64,000 nucleotides of DNA from Azolla caroliniana. Taxonomy: Eukaryota; Plantae; Polypodiophyta. Position numbers and translations under genes: made by a program. The stretch is taken from contig JBHGNT010000005.1 of NCBI GenBank assembly GCA_043228905.1, forward strand, positions 24,862,001 to 24,926,000, in the 5' to 3' direction. Position 1 is the first letter of the stretch, and each line of letters starts with the position of its first letter. The notes beneath the pieces are model-generated. The model worked only from the letters and a program-made list of their open reading frames with translations. It made no database searches and had not been told where the DNA came from. Below are positions 22,505 to 35,730 of this stretch, piece by piece.

Positions 22505-23458
22505 CGTGGCGGGCGTTGTTGGGGTCGTGAGTTGGGGTGGCTTGGCCCGTCTTCTCCACCAAGATGTGAAATGCTCTCAAGAATAGCCCCTTTTTCATTA
22601 TGTCTCAAGTTACATTTTATAGACTCTCTCTTAGCGTGGAGGGTGTTCTCCCGCTCCAATTAGCTCTACTAATTATGGGGCTTGGTGGGGGCCTAGTTTG
22701 GGTGTGGTGCATGAGGCTTGGTAGGGGCCTAATTTGGGTGTGGTCTATGTGTGGTGCATGGGGCTTGGTAGGGGCCTAATCTAGGTGTGGTCCATGTTAC
22801 CACCACATTATGAATTACTTAATTCTTTTGTATATTTTATACTTTCAGGAATCCCTTATTCAAATATTGGAAACAAAAAGCTGGATTAAGTTTACATATA
22901 TGGTCCTATGGATTTGGAAAATTGGAACTCTATTATATGGATTGTTGTTCTTAATTGGAAATTTGGAACTCTATTGTATGGATTTTTGTTATCATTCCAA
23001 AAAACATTTATCTTTTTATGTAATATCTTATCATGTTTCACAAATTAACAATTTTCAGAAAATGTGTTGTGAATTTCTGTTATTTTATAGTGTTCTAGTC
23101 TTTGATTTGGTACAATTTATTGTTTCGTGTTGCTTGGATTATGTCAAAACCAATTTGGTTTGGTTTGGTTTTGATGTTTGATACACTGGTTTGGTTTTGA
23201 TTTTTGGTAAACCGGTTCGGTTTGGTTCTACATTTTACATAAACGGTTTGGTTTTAAATGGTTTGGTTTCTCATACCTATTAAACGGTTTGGTTTAAATG
23301 GTTTGGCTTAAATAGTTTGGTTTAAATGGCTTCAAATTTTTTAAATGGTTTGGTTTGGTTTTTATTCTGAATAACCGGTTTGGTTTGGTTTGGTTTGGTT
23401 TCAAGGTCAAGAAACCGAACCGAACCGAAACCGAACCGCGCCCATTGCTATGTTTAAC

Positions 23459-24623
23459 TATATGCGTGCTAAAAAGGATGTGCTAAAAGGGTGGGTTGGC
23501 TTAGGTACATGCATGCTAAAAAGGGTATGCTAAAAGGGTGGCACAAAGGAACACATACACGCCACATTTCCCCCCTTAGAGAAACAATGAGGTTTATGCC
23601 ATGGGGATGGAACGGGGGTCAGAAGTTAGGCCTAGGGTGGCATAGGGCTTGATGTGGGCAACATGGGAGGAGGTGAATCGACCGTTGGAATCGTGTCAGA
23701 GCAAGTACGTGGTGGATCTGATGGCATGAACTACAGTGAACGAGCCGAATCCCTCGGTGCTTCTGGCATTGTTGTGCGACTTGTAGGTTTCAGAAGTTGG
23801 CTTGTCGAAGGAGGGGGAGGCATCTATTGGAGATAGAGCCCCCAAGTGGCACTATCCATGTCTGCAGGGTTGGAATGGACGTCAATGGACGATTTTGGTG
23901 GGAGGCGGGGGACACACCCATAAAGTGCTCGAAAAATAACTAATTCGTACGGCCATCGCTTGCTGTTGAGGCATTTGGTGAGGCCATTTGTCTAAAAGAT
24001 CAATCGCTCTTGTGGATTGAGGGCCACCTAGACTTGGCTGAGGTGGGGGACAGGAGGGCTATCATGTAGGAGGGGGGTCAGGGAAGCTCGTGGGACAAGA
24101 AGTTAGTGGACAATGAAATAAATTATAGCACGACGCTTGAGGAACCAATCCCAACCTAAGGTGAGGGGGCAGAGTTGGTGGGGCAAGACATAAAAGTGGT
24201 GTGAGAAAGTGAGATTGCCTAAGGTGACGTTGCAATATGCTTGCGTGCGAGAGTGGTATAGATGTTGGTGATTGTCAAAAAGGACTTGGATGGAGGGAGG
24301 CCTAACTGGTGAACTAAGGCGGTGCTAATGGAAGAGATACTACTAGAGACTAACAAGATAGTGTGGGTCAAGTGATTGATGGTGGCGAGAGTGATACATA
24401 CCTACGAAGCGGAAGAGACAGATTCTTGGACGTGGGGAATTGGTACCCCGCATCTCCACCAATATGTGAAATGCACATAAGAGATCAAAACCAACCTACG
24501 TAGCTTCTTACTTTTTGCTCAATTTATAGTTGATACAAAGGTACCCATTTGGGTTGTCTTAGCTACATGCGTGCTAAAAAGGGTGTCCTAAAAGGTGGCA
24601 CAAAGGAACACATGGACACCACA
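23459..24623 (-). mobile_element. Non-autonomous gypsy derivative, copy 2 (same family as the 6995 element)
   Basis: 5' LTR 24465-24623; PBS 24444-24461 (+ strand TACCCCGCATCTCCACCA, the tRNA-Ala 3' end); internal sequence homologous to 7147-7740 and 8280-8630; PPT ~23567-23577; truncated 3' LTR 23459-23566. Confidence 0.85.
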
Positions 24624-25959
24624 ATATGTACATCCCAAATAATACTAAAAAACGTCCACATTTTTTAGATTTGAAAAGAGAAGGATGAGAATATCCATAA
24701 AAGCTAATATTACCTCCTTTCCAAGGGTGAGTGAAGGGGTGGGGGAGGGGGTATATGAGATCTTGCAAAAGAGATAGATGATTTGGTGCTCTTCCCTCCC
24801 TCCCTCCCTCCTGTTCACTTTCAGCAGGCAGAAGAAACAATCACATGCGGGATGTTGCTAATCAATCCCATTGTAGATATATATATACATATACCTTTAA
24901 CTACTCTTCTAGCATATAGAGAGAGCCCAACGAAGATGAATCCCTCATCATACATGTCAAGCTCAGACATTCTAAACTCTCCGTTTTTCCCCACTCGTGG
25001 AAACTTCTTTCAATGTTCTTGTATTGGAGGTGCCACATTTTGAAGTTGATAGGTATGTATATGTAGACATGTGGTTATGATCTCAATCGCCAAATGATCC
25101 CCTCCTCATATGTAACGATCCTCATAATGGCATTTTTCTTGTTAATGATGAACACAACCATCTATGTGTTGTCAACGATAGTAGAGATCTTGTGGATATG
25201 AACACCTTTGTGGACTCTATATACATGTGGATGAGTGGTACTTGCATTATTTCTTGTTTTGTTTTGAGTTCTTTTTCAAGGGCGAGACTATTTAGATGGA
25301 GGCATGCCATTTGTAGTTCTCTTGGGCTACAAAATGCAATGCATCGTGTTGGAAGAATATTGTTACTTCTCAAAATGAAGTTATGATGTCATTATAAGGA
25401 CATGTCACAAGAACCATCATATGAGTCAAATCAAGTTTGTTACCATTTTAACGGGAGTTGAATCCATTGATGTGTTCCCTATATTTGTGAAAACTAAACT
25501 AACTATTTTTGTGTACCTATTGTCATAAATATATATACATGGCCAAACACCAACAAAGAAAAACAAAAGATGAGATTCCTCCATGATATGATCAATTATG
25601 ACAAATCAAGAAAGTGGAATAAAAAACAATGAAATTGTCAATAGAACCCGTAAATATCACTATATCAACATGATATTTACAATTTGATTTACAAAAAACG
25701 AATTATGTACAAGTATATCATAGTTTCCCATACACCATTTGATGGAGCATTGCCAAGGTGAGTAATTGATTTGTATTGCTTGGAGAACACAAGGTTTGGA
25801 ATCAAAGTTTTATTCTCACACATCAATGCCACCCATATATCAACTCTCCTAAACTACATGCCATATCAATGAATCAATCTATTCTCAACCTCACTATTTC
25901 TTTTTGTTGTGTTGATTTTATGAGGTATATGATACGTAGGAATCGACAATGGCTCAATT

Positions 25960-26276
25960 CAAGCTTGAACCAAATGGTTAAACCGTTTTGAAACGGTTTC
26001 ACGATTTAGTTTAGGCTTGAGCTTCGTTTGGGATGGCTCAAGCCGAACCAAACCAAACCGATTTGGGCCAAACCAATTTCCAAACTGGTTAAGGCTTAAC
26101 AACTTGGCTAAATCAGTTCCAAAACAGTTTAGGCTTAATCAGTTTGGCCAAACCGATTAGCCATAACTAGTGTAGGAACCGGTTTGGTTCAAGTTTGGAA
26201 ACTCCCAAACCGGTTAAGGCTTACTCATTTTGGTTTGGACTAGGCCAAACTGGTTAAGCTGAAACCGAACCGTTGT
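25960..26276. repeat. Decayed AAACCG/CGGTTT-rich DNA-transposon subterminal remnant
   Basis: Dense AACCG/GGTT motifs like those at the hAT ends; no clear TIR or TSD. Confidence 0.5.
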
Positions 26277-27224
26277 CGATTCCTAAGTGTATGCCTTTTA
26301 TTACCGTGTGCATTCTTGCTTACCATCAATAATATTCCCTTTACTACTATGCCTTTTACTACGAATGTTTTGACTTGACTTGCCAATGACAACTTCCATA
26401 CTAACAACTCAGAACCTCTTGTATACATTCCATCGATGCAATCATCCATCTACCAAAAATTAATTGAATATTTCGTTTCTCTAGAAACTACCATTCGAGT
26501 AAATTCATTTTCTATGTCAATAAACCGAACAATGTTGTGCAACCTCGTTAGTTCGACAAGGTTACCAATGTGACCCTTTGTATGGATGATAACTCAAACA
26601 AGCTGTAGGGAAGGGGAAACTTCCACATATTGGACATTCCTGGATTCGTTCTACACATGTAAATACAAACAAATGGCAAGAAATAAATAAATGAATAGTT
26701 AGCACAAGTTACAATCTCACGAGTGATTAGACCAACAAAATTTAGAAAGTAATCATGTTTCATTGGTGAGATTCTGAGAAATGCAAAATTTAAACCAGAC
26801 AATGCTGCCAATGATTGCACAGCTAATGTAGCTTCTACAAAAAGAACAAACTGAAATGCTTAAAATTATAGGGCAAATGAATAGCAAGGCCTATTTATGA
26901 ATATATTTTTCTATATCTTTATTCCAATAATTATTTGGCATCAAGCATCTGCAATCTTTCCTGATGCCAGTAACTCTTTCACATAGTGTTTTCATCTTCA
27001 AACACGGAAGAAGATTTTATAAGAATAGACAAAAAAATTGGAAATAGTGACATTGTGTATGCCCACATAATCACAATCATTATCTATTTACTTATTCCCA
27101 ATAGTAGCTTCAACCATCAGCAATCTTTCCTGATGTGAAGCTGTTCACTATCAAGACTGAAATGCAACCCCTCAGTGCGAAAAATTTATGTTGGTAAAGG
27201 AAAGAAATTTCATACTATTTTTTC

Positions 27225-30224
27225 TTACGATTGAACTCCATATACTCGAATTCGCCTCTGAATGGGTGTTCTGCAAGATGGGCATTCTCTGAGACCTTGC
27301 TTTTGATGCAATTCGTTACACTTAGCACATACAATCTGATGTGCACATGGTAGGAAAACAACCGACATCTCTTCACTAAGACACATTACACATTCCCGAT
27401 CTCGACGTACATCCGCCTGAGGCTTCTTCTGCATGTCAGCCATTTCCAAAAGCAATTTCAAATGCATTTGCTTTAGATTCTTCTCAGAATTCCTCGAAAC
27501 CATTTCCCAGCTCAAAGGTGATGGTTGCAATCCTAAGGATACCTTGACCTTTGCAATCTCCTGCTCCAGCTTTTTCACTTCATCACGATGAAGTTGACAC
27601 TCAGCTTCACATTTCTCTTGCAATGCCTCTACCCTCCTCTTCGCAGATCTCTCTAGTTGTTCCCTTGCCATTTTCTCAGTTCCAGCTTGCCGAAGTGCTT
27701 CTTCCTTGGCTGTCTTCTCTTGTCTCCATCTTGCCTAACATTTAAGCAGGAGGTGGAGAAACTATTCAGTTTGGCTATTAACCTTTGCTTTTAGGTCACA
27801 ATGCAAACTTACGCATCCTATAATATAAACAAACAAATGCTTCTAGTTCACTAGCCATTAACGTATATTTATTCATCCAATAAAGAAAAAGCTCACCTCG
27901 GTCTGACAAAGTCGATCTTTTGCTTGTGAGAGCTGCCCCAAAATGTAAGATAAATTCCGTTTTCCATCAAGGATATCTTCCTGCAGCTTCAGCTTTTGTT
28001 TTTCCCATCCTTGTGATTTTTTTGTTGATTTATTTTCCCTTTTGGTAGCTTCTTGGCATTCGGAGACTGATACCATTGCGGCGAGTTTTGCTGCTTCCAT
28101 CTCTGCTCTAACCTCTGAATTTTCAGCTTCCAATCTCCATGCTGTTGAGTTAGCTCGATCTACTTGACTTACCGCCTTGCGTAGAGCATTCTCCATTTCA
28201 GCCAATTTTTTCATCGTGCTCTCTTCCAAAGCTTGTTTCTCTTTCTTCAAACGTATGTACTCATCCCTTTCTTGCCTAAGGGCCTTGAGTTCGCTGCTAT
28301 CCTTAGTTAATCTCCTTGCAGCTTGCATGACCTTTTGTTGTGCCCAATCAGTCCATTCCTGAAGTTGGGTTTCAATGTACTTTACACGGTCAACAAGCTG
28401 CCAAAGCATAACAGTCTTCCTCTCTTCTGCATTTGGGTCAATGCATCCCTGAACCTGGCTAGCCAACAAACTGTGACCTGTCTGAGAAGAAGCAATCTCC
28501 TTACTGGAATCAATCATATGTGAATTGCCTGCACCTTCCTTGGCTACACTGTCGATTGGAGAAGATGACGTTGCTAAAGAAAGATCCACTCCGCTTGCCA
28601 CTAGGACTCCTTCAATAGTAGAAGCATTGTCACATGATGAATCTTGAAAACCAGACACTGTAGGCAACAGCCTCCCTATGTGGAGGTCTGTCTGCAATGG
28701 CTGATTACTACCAGGTTGTAGCGCAACATTTGGGCAAACATTATTGAAAGCCCTAGCTTTATTAGAATCATGCCGAAGGGATGTTGCTTGAACTGACAAC
28801 ATTGAGCATCTTGAATTTGAGCTGGCATCAGAGCATTGCGGAAAAGCAGCCATTTGCATGGCTTGACGCGATGTATCTGATGTATGCGCACTTGGAACCA
28901 TATGGTCAGGCTGCCAAGTCTGAAGTTTTTCTGCATACTCCAATTTATTATTGCACTGCTGAAAATACAACCCTAGGTTTGCAGAATGTTCCTCCAACGT
29001 TGGAATATGAGGCAAAGAAAGTTTATAAGAATTCGCAACACTTGGATTGTGTAAGGTGTTCTGTTGAATCGAATTTACCGCTTCGTTTTTTGTAGATGTA
29101 GCGACCGGAAAACGTGTGCTGTTCGAGGAGGCGGACAGTTTGGAGGTAGTTTTCCGAGTTGCTACAGAAACCTTGCCAACATGAGAGGATGAAAAACTTG
29201 GAGTGGAGAATGCAGAGGGGTTATTATTATGAGATGATGATGATGACAGTGTCTGTGAGCTTATCGATGAGGCAGGTGTTTGTACAATGTATTCTGATAA
29301 AGGGATGCACGCTACATTGTTGTTGGGGGGTGCATTTGTGGGCAGGGAATCGAGATTTGATGGTGTGGGCTGTAAGCGAACATTGGACACTACCCCATCC
29401 TTGTCATTCGAGGCTAATAACATTGTATCTTCCTCCGAGGTGCATGCAAGGAATACATTCAAATCAGACATCAGTAAGAACCACATAGCATCTCCCTTAC
29501 TCATATAAGGCCGAACCTTTCTTAGCATACAAATCATCTCTGTGAGGACATAACTCTCCAATTGTTTCAAGTCTATGAAATCTGGAGCAGAACTACCAAC
29601 TCTCACTTCCTTATTCTGCAACCAAGTCAATGAACTTTCTACTAGGCTCGCAAGGGCATCCTGCCCATTCCATCTTCCATTTTTTAGCACAGCATTTAAA
29701 GCGTCTTCATGGCTAAAATTAAATGACGCAATTTTCTTAATTGCATCCTTGTAAACAACATCCAACATACTCATCAATATCTCTTCTAACTGAGCTTCCA
29801 AGAACCGATCCCAATCCGAATCCAGGATCTCAGTATGCTCATCGTGTTGAAGACCTGTGGAACAATCGCTCGGTTGCAACCTACAGTCCATTGATGGCAT
29901 GTGGGTAAGGCCTGTGTGATTCTTAGGATGACTAAACTGATTTGATAACATCATGTGGTGTGCATAGCTACAACATCCAGCAGTGCAAGGAGAAGGGTTT
30001 GTATTGTGAGGATCCTTTGCGTCACTAATGGAAAGATTACCATCACTGCTTATCATGCCATTCTTGATACTCTCACCAATGGGAATACAAGCAAGCGATG
30101 AAACTGCAGACAACTGTCTCTGTTGATCTGTCCTGGATTTCCTCTTGTTGCGGCAACCTTTGTCCAAGCTGCTGGATGAAGGAGAATCAGCTGAAGAAGA
30201 GGCATTCAAAAAGCCACTACGCAT
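27225..30224 (-). CDS. RING-type E3 ubiquitin ligase, RF298/RF4/PIR2-MIP1 family (exons 30224-27897 and 27734-27225)
   Basis: RNKRK, helical domain (AIKKIASF...LESYVLTEMICML..VRP.MSKGDAMWFLLMSDLN), EWTDWAQQKVMQAARRL coiled coil and C-terminal RING CVMC...FLPCAHQIVC..C...CPSCR. A GT-AG intron joins QTE|ARWRQEK. A probable non-coding 5' exon lies near 31460-31600. Confidence 0.92.
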
Positions 30225-33019
30225 TGTTCCTGTCAGGTAAGGGATAAATCAGTGATCGCATCCAAACACAAAACATATAAATTAGTTGAAGCTTTTTCAA
30301 TCTGTTTTGAATCAAATTCTCTCTTTGGTTATGATCTGACAATGCCCATCCAATTGGACAAAGAAAAACAGCTGAAAGAAGAGAGGATTGATCAAGGGTA
30401 CCTTGAGTCGGATGATGAAGAAGAAGCTAATGGCAATAGAAGTCAGTGCTAGTACTGATATGGTCTCCTGATAGCTGGTTTTTGTCTCTCCTGGATTTAT
30501 CAGAGTTTTGCATCAACAAAGTAGACAATGTATAGTCTAAGCAATTCTTCAACTAGTTTTTAACGCAAAAAGCACCAAATAAATCAAAATCTGGGAACAA
30601 TAAGTTTTCAAAACCATACCTGGATTGCAAAGACAAGTCTATGACAATAAAATTTAGTGCTAATGGCTGATACAGTCTCCTATTGGCTTGTTCTGTCTCT
30701 TTTGAATTTATTGGAGTTTGTATCAAAATACCAAACATAAGAAATGACGCGGCTTCTTTGACTCTATTGAAACAAAAATGCCTTGAATCGTCACATTGCT
30801 GTGCCCTGTGGATGAAATCAAATAGCAGAAAACCAGAAGTCTTAGATGGGAAGGAGAACACTGAGGTGATATAGCACATGGAAATTCAGCACTAGTACCG
30901 ATATGGTTTCCTGTGACATATCCCAGATAGATTTATAGAATTTTCCATCAAGATACACAAATTCAATGGTGAGACCTTCAACACTTACTGTGTCAAAATA
31001 TCTCTGGCTATCACCTACGTATGAAATCAAAATACAACATTTGCAGAAGCTTCTGCTACTCTTTTGAAGCAAAATACCTCTTCAATCAGTATTCCGCTAT
31101 GCCTTGGGATAGAATCAAAGTTTAAAACGCATAAACGTAGGAGCTTCATTTAGTTTTTGAAGCATGATCCCTATCTGAATCAAAATATGTCTTATGTCTA
31201 GGGATGGAAATCCAATGCAAGACATTTGAATTATAGAACTCTTTTTGAAGCAAATTCTTGCTGAATCCAACAAAATCTGGCTTGTTTCGTAGGAATGAAA
31301 TCAGAATACAACACATTGTAGAAGCTTACGCTACTCTTTCTGAAACAAAGTATCGCTTAGAATGAGAGAAAAAAGCTTCCTATATGCTAGGGATGACATC
31401 AACGGCAACGCAAAAAAACAGACGTCACAGAGCTGAAAACAAGCAAGAATTAAGCATACCTTCGCGATCCCACGGTAAATACAGCGTGGATGCTGGTGCG
31501 AAGTTCTTCTCCTTCTTCTTACCTGGGAAGCTGAAGATGGGAGCTTCTGTTCTGCTGTTAGTATTGTTCTTCTTCCTGACTGGCTATGGCGGAATAGAAT
31601 GAAACAGGAGATTTTGATATAATACTAACAATAATATTAATAATAATAACAACAAACAATAATAATGAACGCTGTGTTTGGGTTTCTGCTTCGACAGAGA
31701 TATGGGCGCTTTCACACCTGCGTCCATCATAAGATCAAAAGACCTTGTCTCCCACCACCTATGGTCAGTGGTCACTATTGGGTTCCATTAACCTCTCTTG
31801 CCTTTCTTGTTGTACTTGCGCTCTCGTACCTAAGAATCGGTGACAATTCATTTTGAGCCGCGAAACCATAGATTAATGGCTATTCGGTTAGGTTTTGGTT
31901 TAGAAATTGGTGAGCCGTTTAAGGGTTTGGTTTGAGCCTTTTATCAACCTAATATTGGTTTGGGGAATGTTGTTTAAATATCTACTAAATTATGTAATAC
32001 ATCTACTAATATGTAATGTTATTCTAAAGTTTTAGTTAGCTTTGAACCCTAACCATTCTTTGAGGTTTTAGTTTTCTTTCTTAACAAGTTGAAATTTGAG
32101 TGTAAATCACTAATAATTCAATCTGAGTTCGATTTGATCTTGAAAATCCTCAAACTGTTGAAGGTTTCATATTTCAATTTAAGTTTCCCAATATATTGAA
32201 AGGTTTGCATTCGAGACTCCCAAATTGAACCGAGGCATTGCCGATTACTACTCGTAGCAAGAAAGGTTCAAGTGTATCCACTCTCGACATGGTTACTACA
32301 ATAAAAAAGTTGAACTTTTCGACCTCAAATTCCCATTGTTTTGACATGTGGCTCACTATATGGTTGCAAAACTCCATGTATGATTTGTTTTAATGAGCAC
32401 CCATATAACATTAACATAGTCCTTGTTTTCTCCTTTCTAGTTCAAATTCAATTTATTTGGAAGTACTCCATGTAGCAATATTGCTTACAGAGGTGTTGCT
32501 TGTGATGTCTCTTGTACAACCTTTTCAAGAAGCATGCATAAACTTGGTTTGACATCTATCACTCTCAATAGGCTCTCTCAAATCACATACCTCTTGTAAA
32601 AAAACAACCTCGTGAAAGTTCATGACCCAATACAATGCTCAAAACAGCCCCCAAAGTGAATTTATGTTCTTTATTCGAGTTTTGTGACCACCTTTCAAAT
32701 TCATTTTGTTTTAGGGTAATTGTATAGAAAAAAATGTGTTGTTTATTCATGATTCATAACTGTCTTTTAAATCTCCTCGATTACTCATGGTGATATGACA
32801 TTGTAGCATTTTAGAGACACTAGTAAGCCTTTATTTCTAATTATCTCAAACTATTGTGACAAGGTGCAAGTCTGGCTAGTGGTGCATCTCAATCCACAAA
32901 TGCATGGATATTCATATAGCATGGTCAACTATGAATTTAAATTTTCGATATTTGATAAATGATAATAAATATAATAAGATATTAAGGAATATAATGGACA
33001 AAGGGTGATTAACCACATT

Positions 33020-33377
33020 TAGCAATGGGTGCGGTTTGGTTTCGGTTTGGTTTGGTTTCTTGGCCTTGAAACCAAACCAAACTGTTTAAATTTTATGAAC
33101 AATTTAGAACCAAACCAAATCGGTTTATCTTAAATCAAAACCAAACCAAACCAAAAAACCTATAAACCTTCAAAACTTTTAAACCTTTAAACCAAACCAC
33201 ATAAGCCGAAACTGCTAAACCTTGAAATTCAAAACCGAACCGAACCGAACTGAAACCAAACCGGATCATAATATTTGAAACCAAACCAAACGGTTTATAT
33301 TATCTTTGAACCAATAAACCGATAAGCCATGGCTTAACGGTTCGTTTTGGTTTGAGCTGAAACCGTGCCCATTGCTA
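33020..33377 (-). mobile_element. hAT MITE of the same family as the 14498 element
   Basis: TIRs TAGCAATGGG / CCCATTGCTA, TSD ACCACATT/ACCACATA (7 of 8) and AACCG arrays. Confidence 0.88.
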
Positions 33378-33449
33378 ACCACATATCATAGACTCTTATG
33401 GGTTTACCGTAGTTTTTAAGATAACTAGTTTCCCGACTTACCTTAGAGT

Positions 33450-33600
33450 GTTTTTGGTTGACATGAAAAATTGAAAGAGCATTGATAGCATCAAGATGAT
33501 AGGCAAATGAACCAATTTGCTTTAGGCCTATGAAAACTCCACAATGGCATGGTCTGACTATTTTAGCAGACATCAATAAATAAAGCTTTGGAGCTAGGAG
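33450..33600 (-). pseudogene. Highly decayed gypsy integrase GPF fragment
   Basis: CGVFIGLKQIGSFAYHL...IFHV resembles CGPFTVLKRIGSSTYRI...VFHV in ORF 273..1379. Confidence 0.5.
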
Positions 33601-34869
33601 GTGCATCTAATAAAACGATTTTACCAAGGTTAAGCGTAGGAGGATGCGGCCTATTGTGATCGACATAAAGAGGTGTTATAACTTGAGCAATAATGATATT
33701 ATCTAACACCAATATTTAAATTTGTACACTTAAATATTAGAGACTCAATCATATTGAATAACATTTTGTGGTCATCCATCTTTAAAATATTATTGCGATC
33801 AACATGATATTGTTGGTTGTAAATGTAGATGGACAAATATCATCAAAACTTCAAATCGTTCGCTTATTATCCCGATCGTCCAATGAACTCAAGTGTTTAT
33901 GTTCTTAGTTGTATTTACAAAGTTAACATGCTTAACTTCACGACATAAGAATCTGATATTTTTTTAGCAATGGTGAGGGAAATACTTTGATGAGAGTTTC
34001 TTTAGGGATGTATCTATGCACATGGTGGCTCAGAATATTTGTTATTGCAAGACATGCATTCATATTCACAAATCATGGATATCTATTGTTTGACATCTCA
34101 TTGAGAATGAGGGTGTAGCACATCGGGGAACAATCGAGGTATTATGATGGGAATTACTTAATGGAAGCATTTCACTTAAAAGCCATGATTCTTCATGTGT
34201 TCGAGACTTGGTTTTGGTCACAATCTAGTAAACAACATTGCAAAAAGAGTTAATTGTGTCTTTTCAGTCTTTGTGTTTGTCTCGAAATGAGAGATTGTGC
34301 TTCAGTTTAATTTCTTCTTTTGTTTGGGGGTCAAAGAGGCGGGAGATGAAATTGAGGCTTGATCTTAGAGAATATTGGGGTTTGTTAAAGCGCAATGATT
34401 ATTACACATATTACCCAATTATGGGTTTAATTGGCAAACAACTACAAACTATAACATATCTTTATACTTGGGTGATGATGCCATGATGCTATATCCACCA
34501 CCTAACTCATCGGGTAGTAAGACATGATTGGAATGTGTTTTGGCATGTTTACCTTGCATTGGGGCCAAAGTTTAGGGTTAACCATTTGCAATTTCCTTTT
34601 CCAACTTTAACATTATCAATAATGCCTCTTGTAATCTATTTTCAATGATCATATACTTCATAACATCATACAAGCCCCCCAACAACCTTTTACTCCCCAC
34701 ATTTTAAATCACTTCATAACGTCAAGCACTCACCTAGAGAGAGACCGAGAGAGAAAACCTCATAAAGATTAGTTTAATAAGAGTCGGGTTAACAAATTCA
34801 TATTCATAAGAGGGAACTTAAGTGGCGAGGCACGAAAGTGATAATGGTGGTTTGGACATGAGTTGATAT

Positions 34870-34880
<11 letters not shown>

Positions 34881-34916
<36 letters not shown>
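34881..34916. repeat. (CA)n microsatellite
   Basis: Directly visible. Confidence 0.95.
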
Positions 34917-34917
<1 letters not shown>

Positions 34918-35209
34918 TCATTAGGCCTTCAACTCATTTTTGATTTAGCACAAGAATGAAAGGAAGGCTTATTATGCCTCTCAGTGGACGACATCAACAA
35001 GAACCCCGACTTAAAAGGAGTGAGAACCATCAAGAAATGGGAGAGAGCCCTTCTTACAAGCTATCGACGCTTATCTCCTTCTAACGTAGAGCCAACGGGC
35101 CTCCCTTACTATATAGGGTAGTCGAGGCTCCCTGCCCTATTGATTGATTCCACACGAGCAAAGGAGAAGATTGTTCGAGTAAACCTCGACTCATATTGTG
35201 CTTGCCACC

Positions 35210-35255
35210 TGGCCCATCGTCCCCATAAACTCCTACTCCTTAGGGTTTAGGGTTT
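35210..35255. promoter_or_regulatory. Site II (TGGGCC) + telo-box (AAACCCTA) module upstream of ATM
   Basis: TGGCCCA at ~35210 and TTAGGGTTTAGGGTTT at 35240-35255, followed by a CT/CTT-rich leader. Confidence 0.5.
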
Positions 35256-35730
35256 CATCTGGTTTTCGTTGAAATGCTTCTCTCTCTCTCTCTTTAGGAA
35301 GGACACCAACCACCTTTTGTTGAGACCAGGGTTTTACTGCCATTTGTTCGTTAAACCTCGCACCGTACATACACACCCACGTACGTTCACAACAGACACA
35401 CATATACATATATGTACATATGTGTGATCGATTCTCTCTTCCATGTGACGCACACAGACAGACAGTGGAAGCTCGCCATTTCTTCTTCTTCTTCTTCTTC
35501 TTCTGCTCTTCTTCCTCCCGAGAGAGAACAATCAGAGCGAGCAAGCCTGCCAATATATATCTTACCACGTCTTCTTCTGCAGGTTCCTTGTGACAATATC
35601 TAATATCCTTTATCTTCCGAGAAAGGGAGAGATAGATAGAAATTTTACTCCTATCTTGCAACCCCTTCTGCGGCATCTCTGATCATGGTGAGGCATCTTT
35701 CTTGACTAAGGAGCAAAGCTGTGTAGGGAT

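Larger units (their letters stand above)
18519..22807 (-). mobile_element. Young internally deleted non-chromovirus Ty3/gypsy element
   Basis: 243-bp LTRs at 18519-18761 and 22565-22807 look identical; 4-bp TSD TTAT; PBS TGGTGGAGAAGACGGG (tRNA-Ala-like); PPT at ~18762-18771. Confidence 0.93.
14498..23450 (+). mobile_element. hAT DNA transposon (with nested insertions)
   Basis: TIR TAGCAATGGGC[A/G]CGGTT at both ends, perfect 8-bp TSD TGTTTAAC (14490-14497 / 23451-23458), subterminal AACCG/GGTTT arrays and a transposase gene. Confidence 0.95.

Noticed and set aside
24640-25900. Short ORFs between the TE nest and the RING gene
   Set aside because: No recognisable motifs, termini or TSDs; probably decayed repeats.
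35233-35676. 147-aa minus-strand ORF upstream of ATM
   Set aside because: Low-complexity product of the CTT/CT-rich leader; no domain evidence.
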